A stretch of 64,000 nucleotides of DNA from Psilocybe cubensis (Eukaryota): the NCBI GenBank assembly GCA_017499595.2, contig CM039000.1, positions 1,054,001 to 1,118,000 of the forward strand, written 5' to 3'. Each line of letters opens with the position of its first letter. The first letter of the stretch is position 1. This document shows, piece by piece, positions 41,114-53,336 of the stretch. The position numbers and the translations under genes are program-made. Under the pieces are notes generated by a model. It searched no databases, was not told the origin of the DNA, and saw nothing but the letters and a program-made list of their open reading frames with translations.

Positions 41114-44100
41114 CTACATGTGACTGCTACTATCCACACCGGCGAGCCCTTGCTTTTGCTCCCATTGCTTCCGCGTGATCTCGTTCAACCTCTCCATCCT
41201 TATCATATCCTTCCGAAGGTCCTCGCACGGATGGTGTAGGAATAGTTCCTCGTCAAAATCTCGCAGCAGTCTGATCGTGTCTCTTCCTCTGCTTCGTGAC
41301 AGGGCAACGTATGTCCCAAAAGGTGACAGCCTATTGGTTGGAGGCTTAGCTATGTCTATGATCACGTATTCTATTGTTTGTCCTTGCGCCTTGTAGTCTG
41401 TAAATGCGTATCCTGCGGTCATTGCATACTGTCTTCTTCTGCCCTTATACAGTATCTCATCTGACTTGTTTTTTATTATGAATGGTTGTTCTGTGGGTGT
41501 TATTGGAATGAGCCCTTTCGGTATTCCTTCGAATTGTAACTTGGTTCCTCTATCGGGCCTAAACAGAACCATGGCAGGTGGATACCGGAGTTTCACCACT
41601 CCTTCCTCGTCAGCTTGAAGGTCTTCATACTCCCTGTCATCCAGAATGATATCCTCTATTGTTCCCCTTGTCCCATTGGCTATTTCTGCCTCTGTTGAAA
41701 TATTTAGTAAGACCATTGCTTTCATGCCGACTGCCAAACTTATGACATCTGGCAGCTTCCCTACGTCTGCCTTTGCCACGGCTAAACGTCCTCGTATATC
41801 GAATGGTCTTTCCCATTCTCGATCGATATCTTCGGCCCTTGCCACATAACGTATGTTTCCGCTCTTTTTGCAATGCTTGATTATTGAATAGTCGTTCCAA
41901 GCTTCGCGCACTGTATGCCTTGGTGTAACCAGAATGGCATCCTCCCACGGCTTAGAATTGAAATCAGGTTTTTCACATTCTTTCTTGCTGAGTACCAGTC
42001 TTTTGATTTCTGATATATCTTCATCACCACAGTCGCCAATCCTCAACCGGTTCAGTATATCACTCCACCCCTCATCCCTGACCCTTATTTGCTTATTGAG
42101 CATGACCACAGTCTCAAACTCTTTGAATATGGATCTCCCTATGGCCAGCATCTTTCCATCATTTTCGTTTTCGACATAGAGTGGTACTCCTTTGACCGGA
42201 GGGAATTGATGGAAGTCACCTGCAAGTATGACGTGCATACCGCCGAAGGCATCCTCGACACTTCCCTTGAACTCCTTTGATCTGACCGATCCAACGACTT
42301 CTGATACTTGGTAAATCAGTCTCTTGTCTGCCATAGATATCTCATCGATGATTAGGAACTCTTTTCCTCTAATATTTTTATCTCTTTTGAGGATTGTATT
42401 TGGCTTCGCATTTTCCAGCCAGTCGTCCTGATAAGACGTGTTTCTCGCAATCCCTGCCCATGAATGCAGGGTCATACCCCCTATGTCCGTTGCTGCAATA
42501 CCGGTGGTTGCACATTTGGCTAGTATGTCTTCTTTACCATATAGCCTGAAGGTTTCTGTAATCGCCTTAATCAATGTAGATTTTCCAGTACCCCCTTGGC
42601 CCAGCAGCAGCATTTGTAATGGTTCTGCTCTACCACCTATATGCCAAGGTCAGCTAGCCGTTTTCTTTATACATTTGAATGATTTCCGCACTCTCAATGA
42701 ACTCCTTCAGTTTTTCTTCTATTATGGCATGCGCTCTCAGCTGCTCTTCATTTAACATCTCCAAGTCCTCTCGTCGTCGTACACCTGATACACTTCTTAT
42801 CTCCGCTTCGATTGCCACAGTATCCAAAACTGGATTTATGCCTGGTAAATCCTGTCCGCTTCCGGCTATCACTGCTGCTGTTATAACCTCAGCAGTATTT
42901 CCTTCTGCAGCCACCGTCTTTGTCGTTTCTTTAAGTTGCCGTTCCCAGGTACGTATTTGCAACATGTCATCTCTATTTGCTTTCTGAGCGCATTTGTTCC
43001 ACTGTACGCCCATCTCCATGTTGCTGATATCTGTGTCTTGGAATATACCAGCATCAAAAGCGTGAGCTATTGCACTTTCTCCAAACAACCTTTCTCTAAC
43101 GTTCTTCTTAGCAATTCTGGCTCTTTCTATATCTTCTTCGGTAATCGGAGGTCCTTCTACTTGTCTTGTATCTTCCATATCCTCATTCGGTTCCATGTCT
43201 TCTTCATCCCAAGCCATGTCTATGTTATTCCCTCTCCTCAATTCTTCCTCTGCTGCTTCCGCTGCTCGTCTAGCCTTTGCCCCATCTGAACATTCATAAT
43301 AATACTGGATGTTCTGTACGGTAACATGGACTCGCCTACTAGCCTCGGCCATCATTGCATCAAAGGCTGCTTGAAAGGTCGGGTTATCGCCTTTCAACTG
43401 ATCCATTGTGGTCCATGGCTTTAGAAGTAGCAGCATACATGCGCTGTAAAACTCTTGGTCGTTCTGATGGATACTGTCATTCCTTGGAAACCATTTACCC
43501 ACAAATCTGGGCACTGTCTCTGAGCCATCGGTCTTGATGACTCTGCATAATCCTTCCTTCCTCGCCCCAGCCTTATATTCGACTCTATCATTTCTCGGTC
43601 TCCCCTGTCTGGCTTCAGTTTCTCCTTCAACGATGTAGCTCTCCTTTGGTTTCAATGCCTTTCCATCATATGTGAGTGTCATGAAGTCAAAGAAATTCAT
43701 GTTCGCTAATGCATCTCCTCTGAACGTATAGTCCTTTATTTGATCTTTCATTACCATTGATCCATTCACCATGTTCATGGACCCTTTCTCCTTATGCTAT
43801 ATTTGGTATGCTTAGTGTCTCATCAACTACAGTTGCATATGAACTTACTTGGCCTTCTTCAGACATTTCTCCCCCATTTGCCGCTCCTAATCGTTGATAC
43901 CTTCAACCCATTGTTCAGTGAGGTCTCTATTTTAAAAAGTGACTACTCACATTGTTTGTCCAAGTTCTGGAAAAGTCTTCTTCAATGCACTGACAGCTGA
44001 ATCCCAGTAAATAGCTACAAATCTATGGGATTCGTACACATCGCCCCATCCCATAATGTAGGTTATAACTTCCGGTGCGCTGAACTCTCGATGACGAGTG

Positions 44101-47100
44101 AGTGCATTAGCACATCTTTGTATTAGCCTTTTGTTGATAAGATTAGCGTCGGTTTGTAGTCTGTCGTTCTTTTTCCCAAAAGCCAGTGTTGTTGCAAGGA
44201 GTGCCGATGTATTGGAAGATCGTTGCTGCTTCTTTGTGGCATAATTGGTTATATAGTAAGTGATAGTAGCTGTATCTGTACCACTGAGTATCATTTTGAT
44301 ATCATGGTTAGCTCTAATACACTCCATTACAGCAGGATTGAAAGAATTGAGCATATCACATAATCGTTTTGGTCCCCAATGTCCATGTTCGTCTACAAAA
44401 GCCCTAGAAGCTGTAGGGAAGGGAGCTCTCCGTTTGCATACCTGCAATCCTTTCACGGTTTTAAGGCAAGTCGTTGTTGAGCATGTATGATATTGAAGTG
44501 CTCGAACCAGCTTGCCCAAGCCTAGCTTTCGCTCGTTTATAGTCATGGTCCTTGGGTCTGTAGGTCTAGAATATGACACACTAGGTTCTTTGGGCATGTG
44601 TTGTATCTCTTCCTTGGATTTCCCGTCAATGTCTGCGCTTATTGTCTTGGCGATGTATGCTTGCATTTTGGATCTGAAGGACTCTGACTTTAAAGCTGTC
44701 TTCATCTCACTGGCTGTTGGCGCATCCTTCAGCCAAATCAGAGTATGCAGATGAAGCGTGCCTCTCCCTTGAGCCTCCACTGTTCCCACATAACCCTGTA
44801 CTTTCCCTAGTACCCCATACTCTCGCTTTGGTGGACCTTGTGGTTGCTGTGTAATACCAAACAACTCCTCAAAGACAGTTTTAACTATAAAATGAAAGTA
44901 TTCTGCTGAAGCAAATGGATCTTCTGCGATGTTCTGAGCCCTTTGAATATGATCTGGCCCAATATGCGGATCGAATCTATCAAGGTCGATGTCGAACACA
45001 CCTGCTAACACCTGTGCTAATGGATCCTGGGTATCTGCTGGATTTATTGTGATCCATAATGAAGGCGGGTTAAACAGTAAATTCATCCCCCAAATTTTTG
45101 ACCTGACGATGTGCCTGCTCTCATCAGTACCTTGCACCCTCCTTCGTACGGCGGACATCTCCTCGCGTAATGCTCTCATAGCTGGATTGCTATGACCTCT
45201 GCCTTGAGCCTCTTCTTTACTGGCTTGCTCCATATCCGCTGGCTTCAAGGTGTTTATCAGGTTTATGTTGCGAGTGAAACTTGACTTTTTCATTTGTAGC
45301 ACGGCTGCACGGCACACTTCTCTTTTCTGCATGACCCCAAAAACTTGGAAAGGATATTGATAGTCCAATCTGAACCGACGATCATGGTATTCCATAGTCC
45401 ATCTAATATGGGTTTCATATGGGAGATTGATTTCTCTTTCAACCTCTATACCTCCGCGCCCATAGGGGAAGAGGGTTGGGAAACATCCGAGGAGATGATT
45501 AGGATCACTAGGTCCTCCATCATTTCGCAGCTTGGTCTTCTGGTCATATCTTGGGTATTCGTTGACAAATGCACTGCCTTGTCGGATAGTAAATTCATCG
45601 GTTCCTCTATCCTTCTCAATAGCATTGGCTAAAGCATGTGTCATCAGCTCATCGGTTGTAATATCCTCCCCATTGATGTCAACGATACCCAAGGCTTGCA
45701 TGGGAATAACAGCGGGTTCCATATCGCTTGCTGAAACAGCCGCGGAGTCATCTTATTCAACATAACCTCATAATTCCTTCAGTGTTCCGAGGAGTTTATG
45801 GATTCACGTACCAGTCATATCCTCCACTACTTCCACTAATCCTGCCTCATTCAACGCCTCTTGAATACGCACTATCCACTCAATGTAAGTGGCTTATTGT
45901 ACTATGCACAGAATGTAAACTTACCTTGTTCATCAGCTGCATCTAGTGGTATATACCCAGCATGTTCTCTCTCCACCGCAGATATGTTGTCTGAAAATTT
46001 AGCAGCTAGAACCAACTCGTTTGGTACCGCGTCCTCAGGAAACAAAGCTAGGGCTTCTTCAGATATCTCTATGTGAGGATTGTGCTGCTTCAACCACATA
46101 AGAGCCTCCCTGACTTTTTGCCTTCGTACTCTGAACATTTTTGGCATTGTAGCTTCTGTGAGCCCTCTTGGTCCCACAAATGTTATACCTATTGTAGCTG
46201 ACAGTATCTTCGGGCTAGGTGGATATGATAGTCCGTTCACCATGCTAGCCACCTGTGTCGGATCAAGGCGATAGGTGGATACATTTCCTCTTAGCCCATT
46301 GTGCATTCTACTTCTGTCCCATGAACGTGCGCCTCTTTGCTTCGGGAAAAGCTTTACAATGTATGCCGCGCAGAAGTATTTGGACACTAGAATCCTTTCA
46401 GGTAATGTCAACCCCTTGCGCTCTTTTGGTATGTCCCCAATCCATAAATCGTTCACTAGACTGAATTTTGGCCGACAATTTCGTTTAAGGGAATTCAAAC
46501 ACTCGTTGCAAATGTCTATTGTCGTTTCGTTGCCGTGCAGTGATTCTTTATTCAGCAGGATACCGTCGACTAGATACTGTGCAGGATGCGGAGTTATGGG
46601 TTCTAAATGTCTTTTGTTGGGTATGTTGGCTATCTCTAGTCGGTTTAGCTGTTTTTTGTGCCTGTTTCGTGCACACGACCCACAAGTGTCTCTGCTTAAT
46701 GCATCGTTTCCTGTAGCGTCAATAAATTGAGCTATACACCCATTTATTTCCTCGTCCGTGGGTGTTCTGAGAAAATTGTTATGCTGGATCGGCTGGCTAT
46801 GCTGTCCCAAATCCACAGCAGCCTGCTCTACGTGCTGCCCTCCTGAATCATCCTCCACATTAGCTTCTAAGTTTTCCTCCGCCTCCACCTGTACCCTTTG
46901 TCTCTTTATTCTTCTCGTATTCTCCGTTGTCCTTTTCCTCTTTCTCCCGTGACCCTCAGATATTAGTGTAGTCGCTGAATTGTATATTGTTCCTATTATT
47001 TCAGGTGATAATTGTGTCAAGGCTGTGTATATAGTTGTTCTGGACACTCGTTCCTTTGCTGAAAGATATGCATGCCCACGACAGATACTCCGTAGATTAG

Positions 47101-47143
47101 CTACCGTAAGATTGTCGAGTATTTTTACCAGGTCTTCTTCCAT
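41114..47143 (-). CDS. Helitron-like Rep-helicase (DUF6570-like + HUH-Y2 Rep + PIF1-family helicase), spliced
   Basis: CGSC/CNEC with NDLWIGDIP..LTLPERIL..FRVRRQKVREALMWLK. CFPTLFPYGRGG, PSLWITINP, GTVEAQGRGTLHLHTLIW (HUH), YYITNYATK (Y2). GQGGTGKS, IIDEISM, GDFHQFPPV, YAFTDYKAQGQT, YVALSRSR. ORFs joined by GT..AG introns. Confidence 0.93.
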
Positions 47144-47362
47144 AGAATGTAGCGAGAATATTTGGTATGTCTGCACCAGCTTTGGACTTCGAGTAATTAT
47201 TTCGCGAACAGTATCAGGTCTTATTTGGTATACCCTTCGTAGATACTAATGGATCTACACTTCGTAATATTTATTTGATACCAACACGGTAGGTCCAAAA
47301 TAAAAGGGGGGAATTTGCTACTTGTCTCTCTATCTTCTTGCCATACATCCACTTACTCACTA

Positions 47363-48072
47363 ATGCAAACTCTCTCTTCCGATCATAAAGGACCAGAGTG
47401 GTGTACGGTGGACAACCTGGAGATTAGAGCCATGGGTATCAGACTTGATCAAATGAACATTGTAAGTTGTACTTTGTTCACGAGTTCTTAACATTTATCA
47501 GCACTAACGATTATCAGCCCGGTACCACAAAAATCTGTGCTTTCATTGGCGGTTGGTGTACAAGGTTACACTTTGTCAATGTACCGGCAATTTCTGGTAC
47601 ATCGGCCATATCATCACACAAGGACCTTGATGTTTGCCTTTGGTTGCCAAATTGCCCTTACCTTTTGCCCCACCTCACTGAGACCGACGAACATCGCACT
47701 GTTATCAAAGTTCCTTCATGGAAGCCCGAGTTTTGTTACATTTTTGTGCATTATAACCAAGTAACGTCCGGTCTTCTGTTCAAAGCATATGTTTCTGAGG
47801 TTTGGTATTAGAATGTACTCAAATCAATTCCTACATCCGTAAATCGCCTGGCAAGTACTCTGACCAACAGCCTTCAAACATTCTATGGAGAGATTATGGT
47901 GATCAAAACAACCCCTGGCTTCATGTTTGTTTTGGATATGGACGATCAAGATGGCATCATGCTTCCTTTAGCACTTCAGAAGTAAGCATATTGTCCCATA
48001 TTCATACTACTCCGTGTTATTTATCATTTGATCATTAGATTTCTCCGACTGCGGTCAATTTCTTCGATTTAA
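47363..48072 (+). CDS. Hypothetical ~180-aa passenger protein A (4 exons)
   Basis: Manual splicing gives an open frame: MQTLSSD...DQMNI|PGTTKICAF...VHYNQ|NVLKSIP...FYGEIMVIK..LDMDDQD...|FLRLRSISSI*. Divergent from RepHel, ATGs 220 bp apart. Confidence 0.55.
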
Positions 48073-48312
48073 TCGGGTTTCCCACGTATATGCATACACG
48101 GGCGCTTATATACTTTTATACTCTAAAGTAAATAGATCTGTCATTATTAGATCTTTACTACTTATATTGTTCTTAACAAACATGCATTCAAACATTCTAT
48201 GCAACCTGGCATAGATAACTTCAATTTATTGTGTTATTGCTACTAATACTCCGTACCAGCTCATACAATATTTAATGCTGATTTGACACGTAAAATTTCA
48301 ACTGCGTTCATA

Positions 48313-49338
48313 ATGGAGACTGCTCTCAGAAATAATTTTGGTACGTATAATTTCGTATAATTTCTGCTTAATCGCTGTGCATATTTACATTTTGCCTATA
48401 AGGTCGTCGTATGAGCCCTCCCGAGTTGATGTACCAAGTGGCTACACACTGTTCCTTGTCATCACTTGTAAACCTTGGTCACGCCGATATGAAATGGAGA
48501 CAAGTCGTGCTCAAGAGACTTGAGGATAGAGTACGGGTTTTTCTGGAACCTTTTATGAACAAGGGTTCTGTAGGCACCTTCTTAGAGCTCCTGTCTACAG
48601 AAGGTGCCGTTGTAATGGGTGCCTTGGTTAGGTGCATGTTGAGCCTCGATGACGACCACGACATCCTTCCTTCTCAAATAGACATCGTCTTACCACAGAG
48701 AAATGGTTACCAAATACCGTTTGAACCATTTTTTCGAAGGCTGGGATATGACCCAGATCCGGATGCATACTGGGAGGAGTATCCTGTAGGACTTGTTCCT
48801 ACTTGTAGAGACTGCCTTCGACTTATATCAGTGAGTCATTCAGAACATTATAATTGAAACTACTAACGAGCTACAGTCCACGCGCGGCAAATCTGTTGCT
48901 ATCTTCAGATCTAGGGTTGAAACAGTACTTCCCACGGTGCTAATGGGTGCTACAACTTCGCAGCTTTCAGTGCTATCTTCATCCAGCCTTTATTGTTTCT
49001 ATCCTTTGTTGCTTGCTAAAAAGGAATATCTCAGTATAATTGAGAATGTTTCTTCAAGGGACCTTCTTCCTTTCCATAACTTCAACTTCGGCCTCAAGTG
49101 TTTGGACGCTCATCCAACTTCTTGCCTATATGCTTGTCCTGTCAAATGGAGGAACTCTGGGTCATCGGCTATAGGAATCATGGCTTGGAACAATTCATCA
49201 GTAACGTCTTCGGCTGATCAGCAGTTAGCTAATGAAGATTTTATGTGGAGGAAGAATCGGTTGGGGTGTAGTAACCTAGAATGTCAGTGCAATCGACGAT
49301 CGGCAGATCTAACAGTTAGAAGTACGCTTATTTTCTAG
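48313..49338 (+). CDS. Passenger protein B: F-box-like N-terminus, degenerate nucleotidyltransferase-like domain, Cys-rich tail
   Basis: MSPPELMYQVATHCSLSSLVNL (F-box-like), GAVVMGAL...SQIDIVLP, TTSQLSVLS..LYCFYPLL, C-x3-C and C-x4-C near the end. Introns ~48341-48402 and ~48831-48876. Confidence 0.5.
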
Positions 49339-49476
49339 ATTAAACTATGATATTTATTTACTCAGTATGTCATAGCAACCGAACGGCTAATTAGCTCGTA
49401 TATATTACAGAACTTCCATGTATTGTTTTGAATACAGCCTCCTACTTCTCTCTTATAATTGTGTCTTATAACAATA

Positions 49477-50347
49477 ATGGTCAATATACGTGAGTACAGA
49501 TGCAAGCGCCTGTTAAGCCTTTCTCACGTCATGTAGGTAACTATCGTGACACTTTGTTGGTCAATCAAGACTATCTAGCATCTCCCCTTTTCTTGCCCAC
49601 TTGCTCCTGGTTGTTGGACTCTGCCGATAGGCATAGAGGTCATCTTGCCGGAGAGAGGGGTCAATATCGCAAGAAATGCAGAGTAGTGGGAGAACTTATG
49701 GAGACAAGCTTAAACGCTCTAGGGTTACTAGGCAATTACTTCGACGATATAGTGCCGCTTGAGACTGCACAACACAGGCTCTATTTGAAAGCCCCTGACC
49801 ATCCAAAGTATGGAAGCGACTTCAACACTGCATCCAATACCCTGGACATACTGCTCAAATCTATACCTGGCTTCACTCTTACTGAGGATGTTCGTTTCCT
49901 TCACAATTATAAAGGTTCTCGAGTGCTTTGTTTCTCAAGCCCTCTCTTTATACCTCAGGTACGCACATGCTTTATTATTTATTATCAAACAATGCTTATT
50001 CAGGCTGCTTGTCTTAAGACAATGTACTATTCATCTTTACGTTTGTCTCTTTTACCCAAGATTATTTGGTCAACGATGATACTTATGCTACTTTACCAGT
50101 GGACCTTGCAAATTATCAAGTTGACGCGGAGTACAAAGCATTGATCCAAACCATTCAAGGCACCCATATGCTTAGAAGACTTGATATCTACAACGGTATA
50201 ACTCAGATGCGTAGAAGACACTTACCTAATTTAGTAGGAAGACTTGTCGATGTTACGTTCGGCCTGTCCTACGACGAAGACTTAGGATTCGAGACCGAAA
50301 TACTGGTTATCAAAGCTTTGCCTCTTCCCTGGCCTAATCAGGATTAA
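49477..50347 (+). CDS. Passenger protein C: putative OB-fold/ssDNA-binding-like, related to 54803-56093
   Basis: Spliced ORF with VVGELM...LGNY and a C-terminal LDIYNG...LVGRLVDVTFGLSY..FETEILVIKAL that parallels gene F. Confidence 0.45.
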
Positions 50348-50990
50348 TACATCGTGGACTAGCGTGGACTAGCTGTAGTAGTTGTCTAGTACTAGGCGAT
50401 GGTTGTGAATAAGTGTGTTCTGTTAGATTTAGATTTTTGATTTACTCTGTTCACGATATTTTGTATGACGTACTAAGTCATACTCATATTATATGTGTGT
50501 CATATTAATGAATAGGTCAACGGCTTGTCCATTCAAATATCCAATTCTTACAACCGTTTAGGTGATAGGGGGTGTATTACTATATTTGGAACGCCTTTGA
50601 CATAATGCTTATCGAGTGGCTTGTTGAAGCAGTTTCATACTTCGACTCAAATTTCCTACGCTGATGTCAGTTCTTTCAATACGATGTATGTTTTCTGCTA
50701 TAGTAACGATCACGTAGACAGTCTTGACAGCTTCTGTGTACCAATCTAAGGTGTCTAAACTTATTCAAATATTGACTCTTCGTTGAATCTAATGAGCTTT
50801 CACAGCCTTGTAGATTCGACGCGTTAAATCACGTGATACTATTTACTTGTTTGTTCTAGAAGATGCTGCCGTGAAGATAACCCGTAATATGCAACCAATG
50901 CTCCAAACCTTCTACTACTCGACCTGCACCCTTTGAACCTCCCCCCATTAGACCACAATTGTATACCCGATTCTCCCCGCTAGTGGAACT

Positions 50991-52937
50991 ATGCCCGAAG
51001 TTCAAGTAACCCAGTCAATTGCAGAGATGATAAGGAGACGGAAAGGTATGGGCAAAGCCGAGAGTGAAGAATGCAAGTACTACGCTGAGTTGTTAGATAT
51101 ACTCTGTATGGTTTAATACATCTCACCCCCTCTAGTCTGCTTAGAAATTATACCTCTCACCCACTCAATGAAGCATCGGACGCTGACATGGCATGATATG
51201 CGCGCACATCCAATTTCAAGCTATAGGAGAGAAGACAACGATTGGTCGTACGCACCCTCATCGTGGATCAAGCGAGCTGATGAGTTCGGGTGGGCTCATC
51301 TCATGGCTAAAACTGACCCTGCCCCATTGTCATGCTTTGCAAGAGGAAAATTGATATGCCTTTATGCGGGTTGCAACCTTCTTGTCTTGTCTCCAGCATT
51401 AGAAACTAACATTATAGGAATGCCGCTTCAAACCTACCGTGATATAGCCATGAACGATTGCCCGGGTTCCAATAAAACCCGAGCTGAAGAGCTCAGGACG
51501 CTCGTCATCCCTAAGGAGTACGTGCGACCACACTCGTCTCGTGTGGATACCCCACGTACGATAAAAATCCTTGCAGCATTTGTGTCTAGGGACTGGGCAT
51601 GGGCCATCAATGATTTCTCAACCCTGGCACAAATGTACATTTTTACGAAGGATACGCCGTGGGATCGAGAATTGCGTCCAGGAACTTCAGTGAGTTTTGA
51701 AATTTTCATTTCCCCATTCCATATATTAAATTTGTTCGGAGTTATGGGACTTTGTATTCGCTCGTTTCACTGGTGGCCCTGACTGGTTTCTAGAGCCAGT
51801 GGATGCATTGCTCAAACTCCGTGAATGGAGGTCCTCAGTTTTGAAGGCTAGCAAATGTCACGAACGATATTGTCAAAAACAAATTTCAAGTTACTTCGGG
51901 TGAGTCGAGTCGTCCCCTTACCTGGAGTTCTCTTTCCCTAACAACGTTTAGTTTGGCGCCGCAAGAAGTAGACAGCCCATGCACTGGATATGGGTACAAC
52001 CGTCCTATCCTTCAAGAGCTGCTGAAAAATCGTAATGGATGCTTTGCAGGCATAGGACGTTACTCAGCAAATGATCTTTTGTACACACTAGGAATCTATC
52101 CCGGCACCCCCTCGCGTGTAATTTGCTCCGATCCAGCACTATATGCCGCTTTTGAAACAGGGCTGCAGAACTACCTGGCACAGTTTGGTACAGAACCTTT
52201 TTTGTCTCGGGCATCGTCTGTACCTAACACCACAAATCCTTTCGACTTTAACGAGCATTTAAACTCGGAATTTCTTAGAAAATGGGTGCTGGTCTATAGG
52301 AGATCAATGGCTGTAATGTCGGCTAAACTTTACAATTTTTACGCGTCGCGTGGACTCTTTGACGAAAACCATATCATAGGTGAGGGTCATCTCGTAATAT
52401 ATATTTTGTTTTGTGTTGATCCTTTTCGCTTAGGTGGTGCTTATGTACCCAACTGTAATCAATTGCTTGACATCAACCGACGCGTTCGTAAATATGTTCC
52501 AGTGTTTTTTTGTGAAGATCCTTTGGCTGCCTACACTGTCATTAGAGCTAAGATTCCGAGAGAATGGGGTTGTGATGTATCTAGGGTGAGTTGATTCAAT
52601 TCTACTAGTAACTAATAACTAACCGACGCTAATATTTCAGACGAGAGTTGTTGATGACATCAAGCGGTTCACATACTCTACCACCATTGGTACTGCACAG
52701 TTTAGGGTTCCCCTGGACAATCGCCCATTCTTCCATGATAAAGAGCCGGGTACCCTCATCATTGGCAGACCCAGAATCGTAGGTAATCTTCATTATCACC
52801 ATTCGTCATGAACTAATGTAAAGTTCGTCTTACGTCCGCAGGAACGTACAGGAAAAGTAGGTAGACCGAGGAAGGGTTTATCGAAGAAGAGACTTCTTAA
52901 ACTATACGATGTCCAAACGGGCAGAAAAGCGGTATAA
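50991..52937 (+). CDS. Passenger protein D: divergent Fpg/Nei-like DNA glycosylase/AP-lyase with C-terminal AT-hook-like motifs
   Basis: Starts MPEV (exon 50991-51105 splices in frame to 51136). Then ARGKLICL, AINDFSTLA, GGPDW, H2TH-like PILQELLKNRNGCFAGIGRYSANDLLYTLGIYPGTP, LVYRR, and IGRPR...KVGRPRKG. TAA 52935-52937. One junction needs a GAG acceptor at 51739-51741. Confidence 0.7.
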
Positions 52938-53179
52938 TATGTATGTATTATACAACAACATGCAAATTAAAATTTGTTAAAATTTGTTTCAAATCACCAC
53001 CCACTAAGTTCCCCTTGAATGGCATAGTTGTAATAAATACGATTGGTACCATTGCATGTCAAGGTGTTTATGACAATGCGCTGAACAGTATCATCTTGAA
53101 ACCTAAACCTTCGGTCAGTCTGATGTCTAGTTTAGTTAAAGTGTACACAAAGACTCACATTTGGGGCGGTTTAGGTGTT

Positions 53180-53281
53180 CTCCATATAGGAGCTTCACAT
53201 TTGGTCAGTGATGTATGTTTGAGGTGTTAGCTCCATATAGGAGCTTCACATTTGGTCAGTATTGTGTGTTTGAGGTGTTAG
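53180..53281. repeat. Tandem duplication of a 51-bp unit
   Basis: CTCCATATAGGAGCTTCACATTTGGTCAGT..TGT.TGTTTGAGGTGTTAG twice, with 3 mismatches. Confidence 0.85.
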
Positions 53282-53336
53282 CTTGCTACTGTATAACTGA
53301 ACTTGAGGCCTCCACCAACCAGCTTTTCCATCGAAT

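Noticed and set aside
53180-53281. Possible CRISPR-like array
   Set aside because: Two adjacent units with no spacers, in a eukaryotic context.
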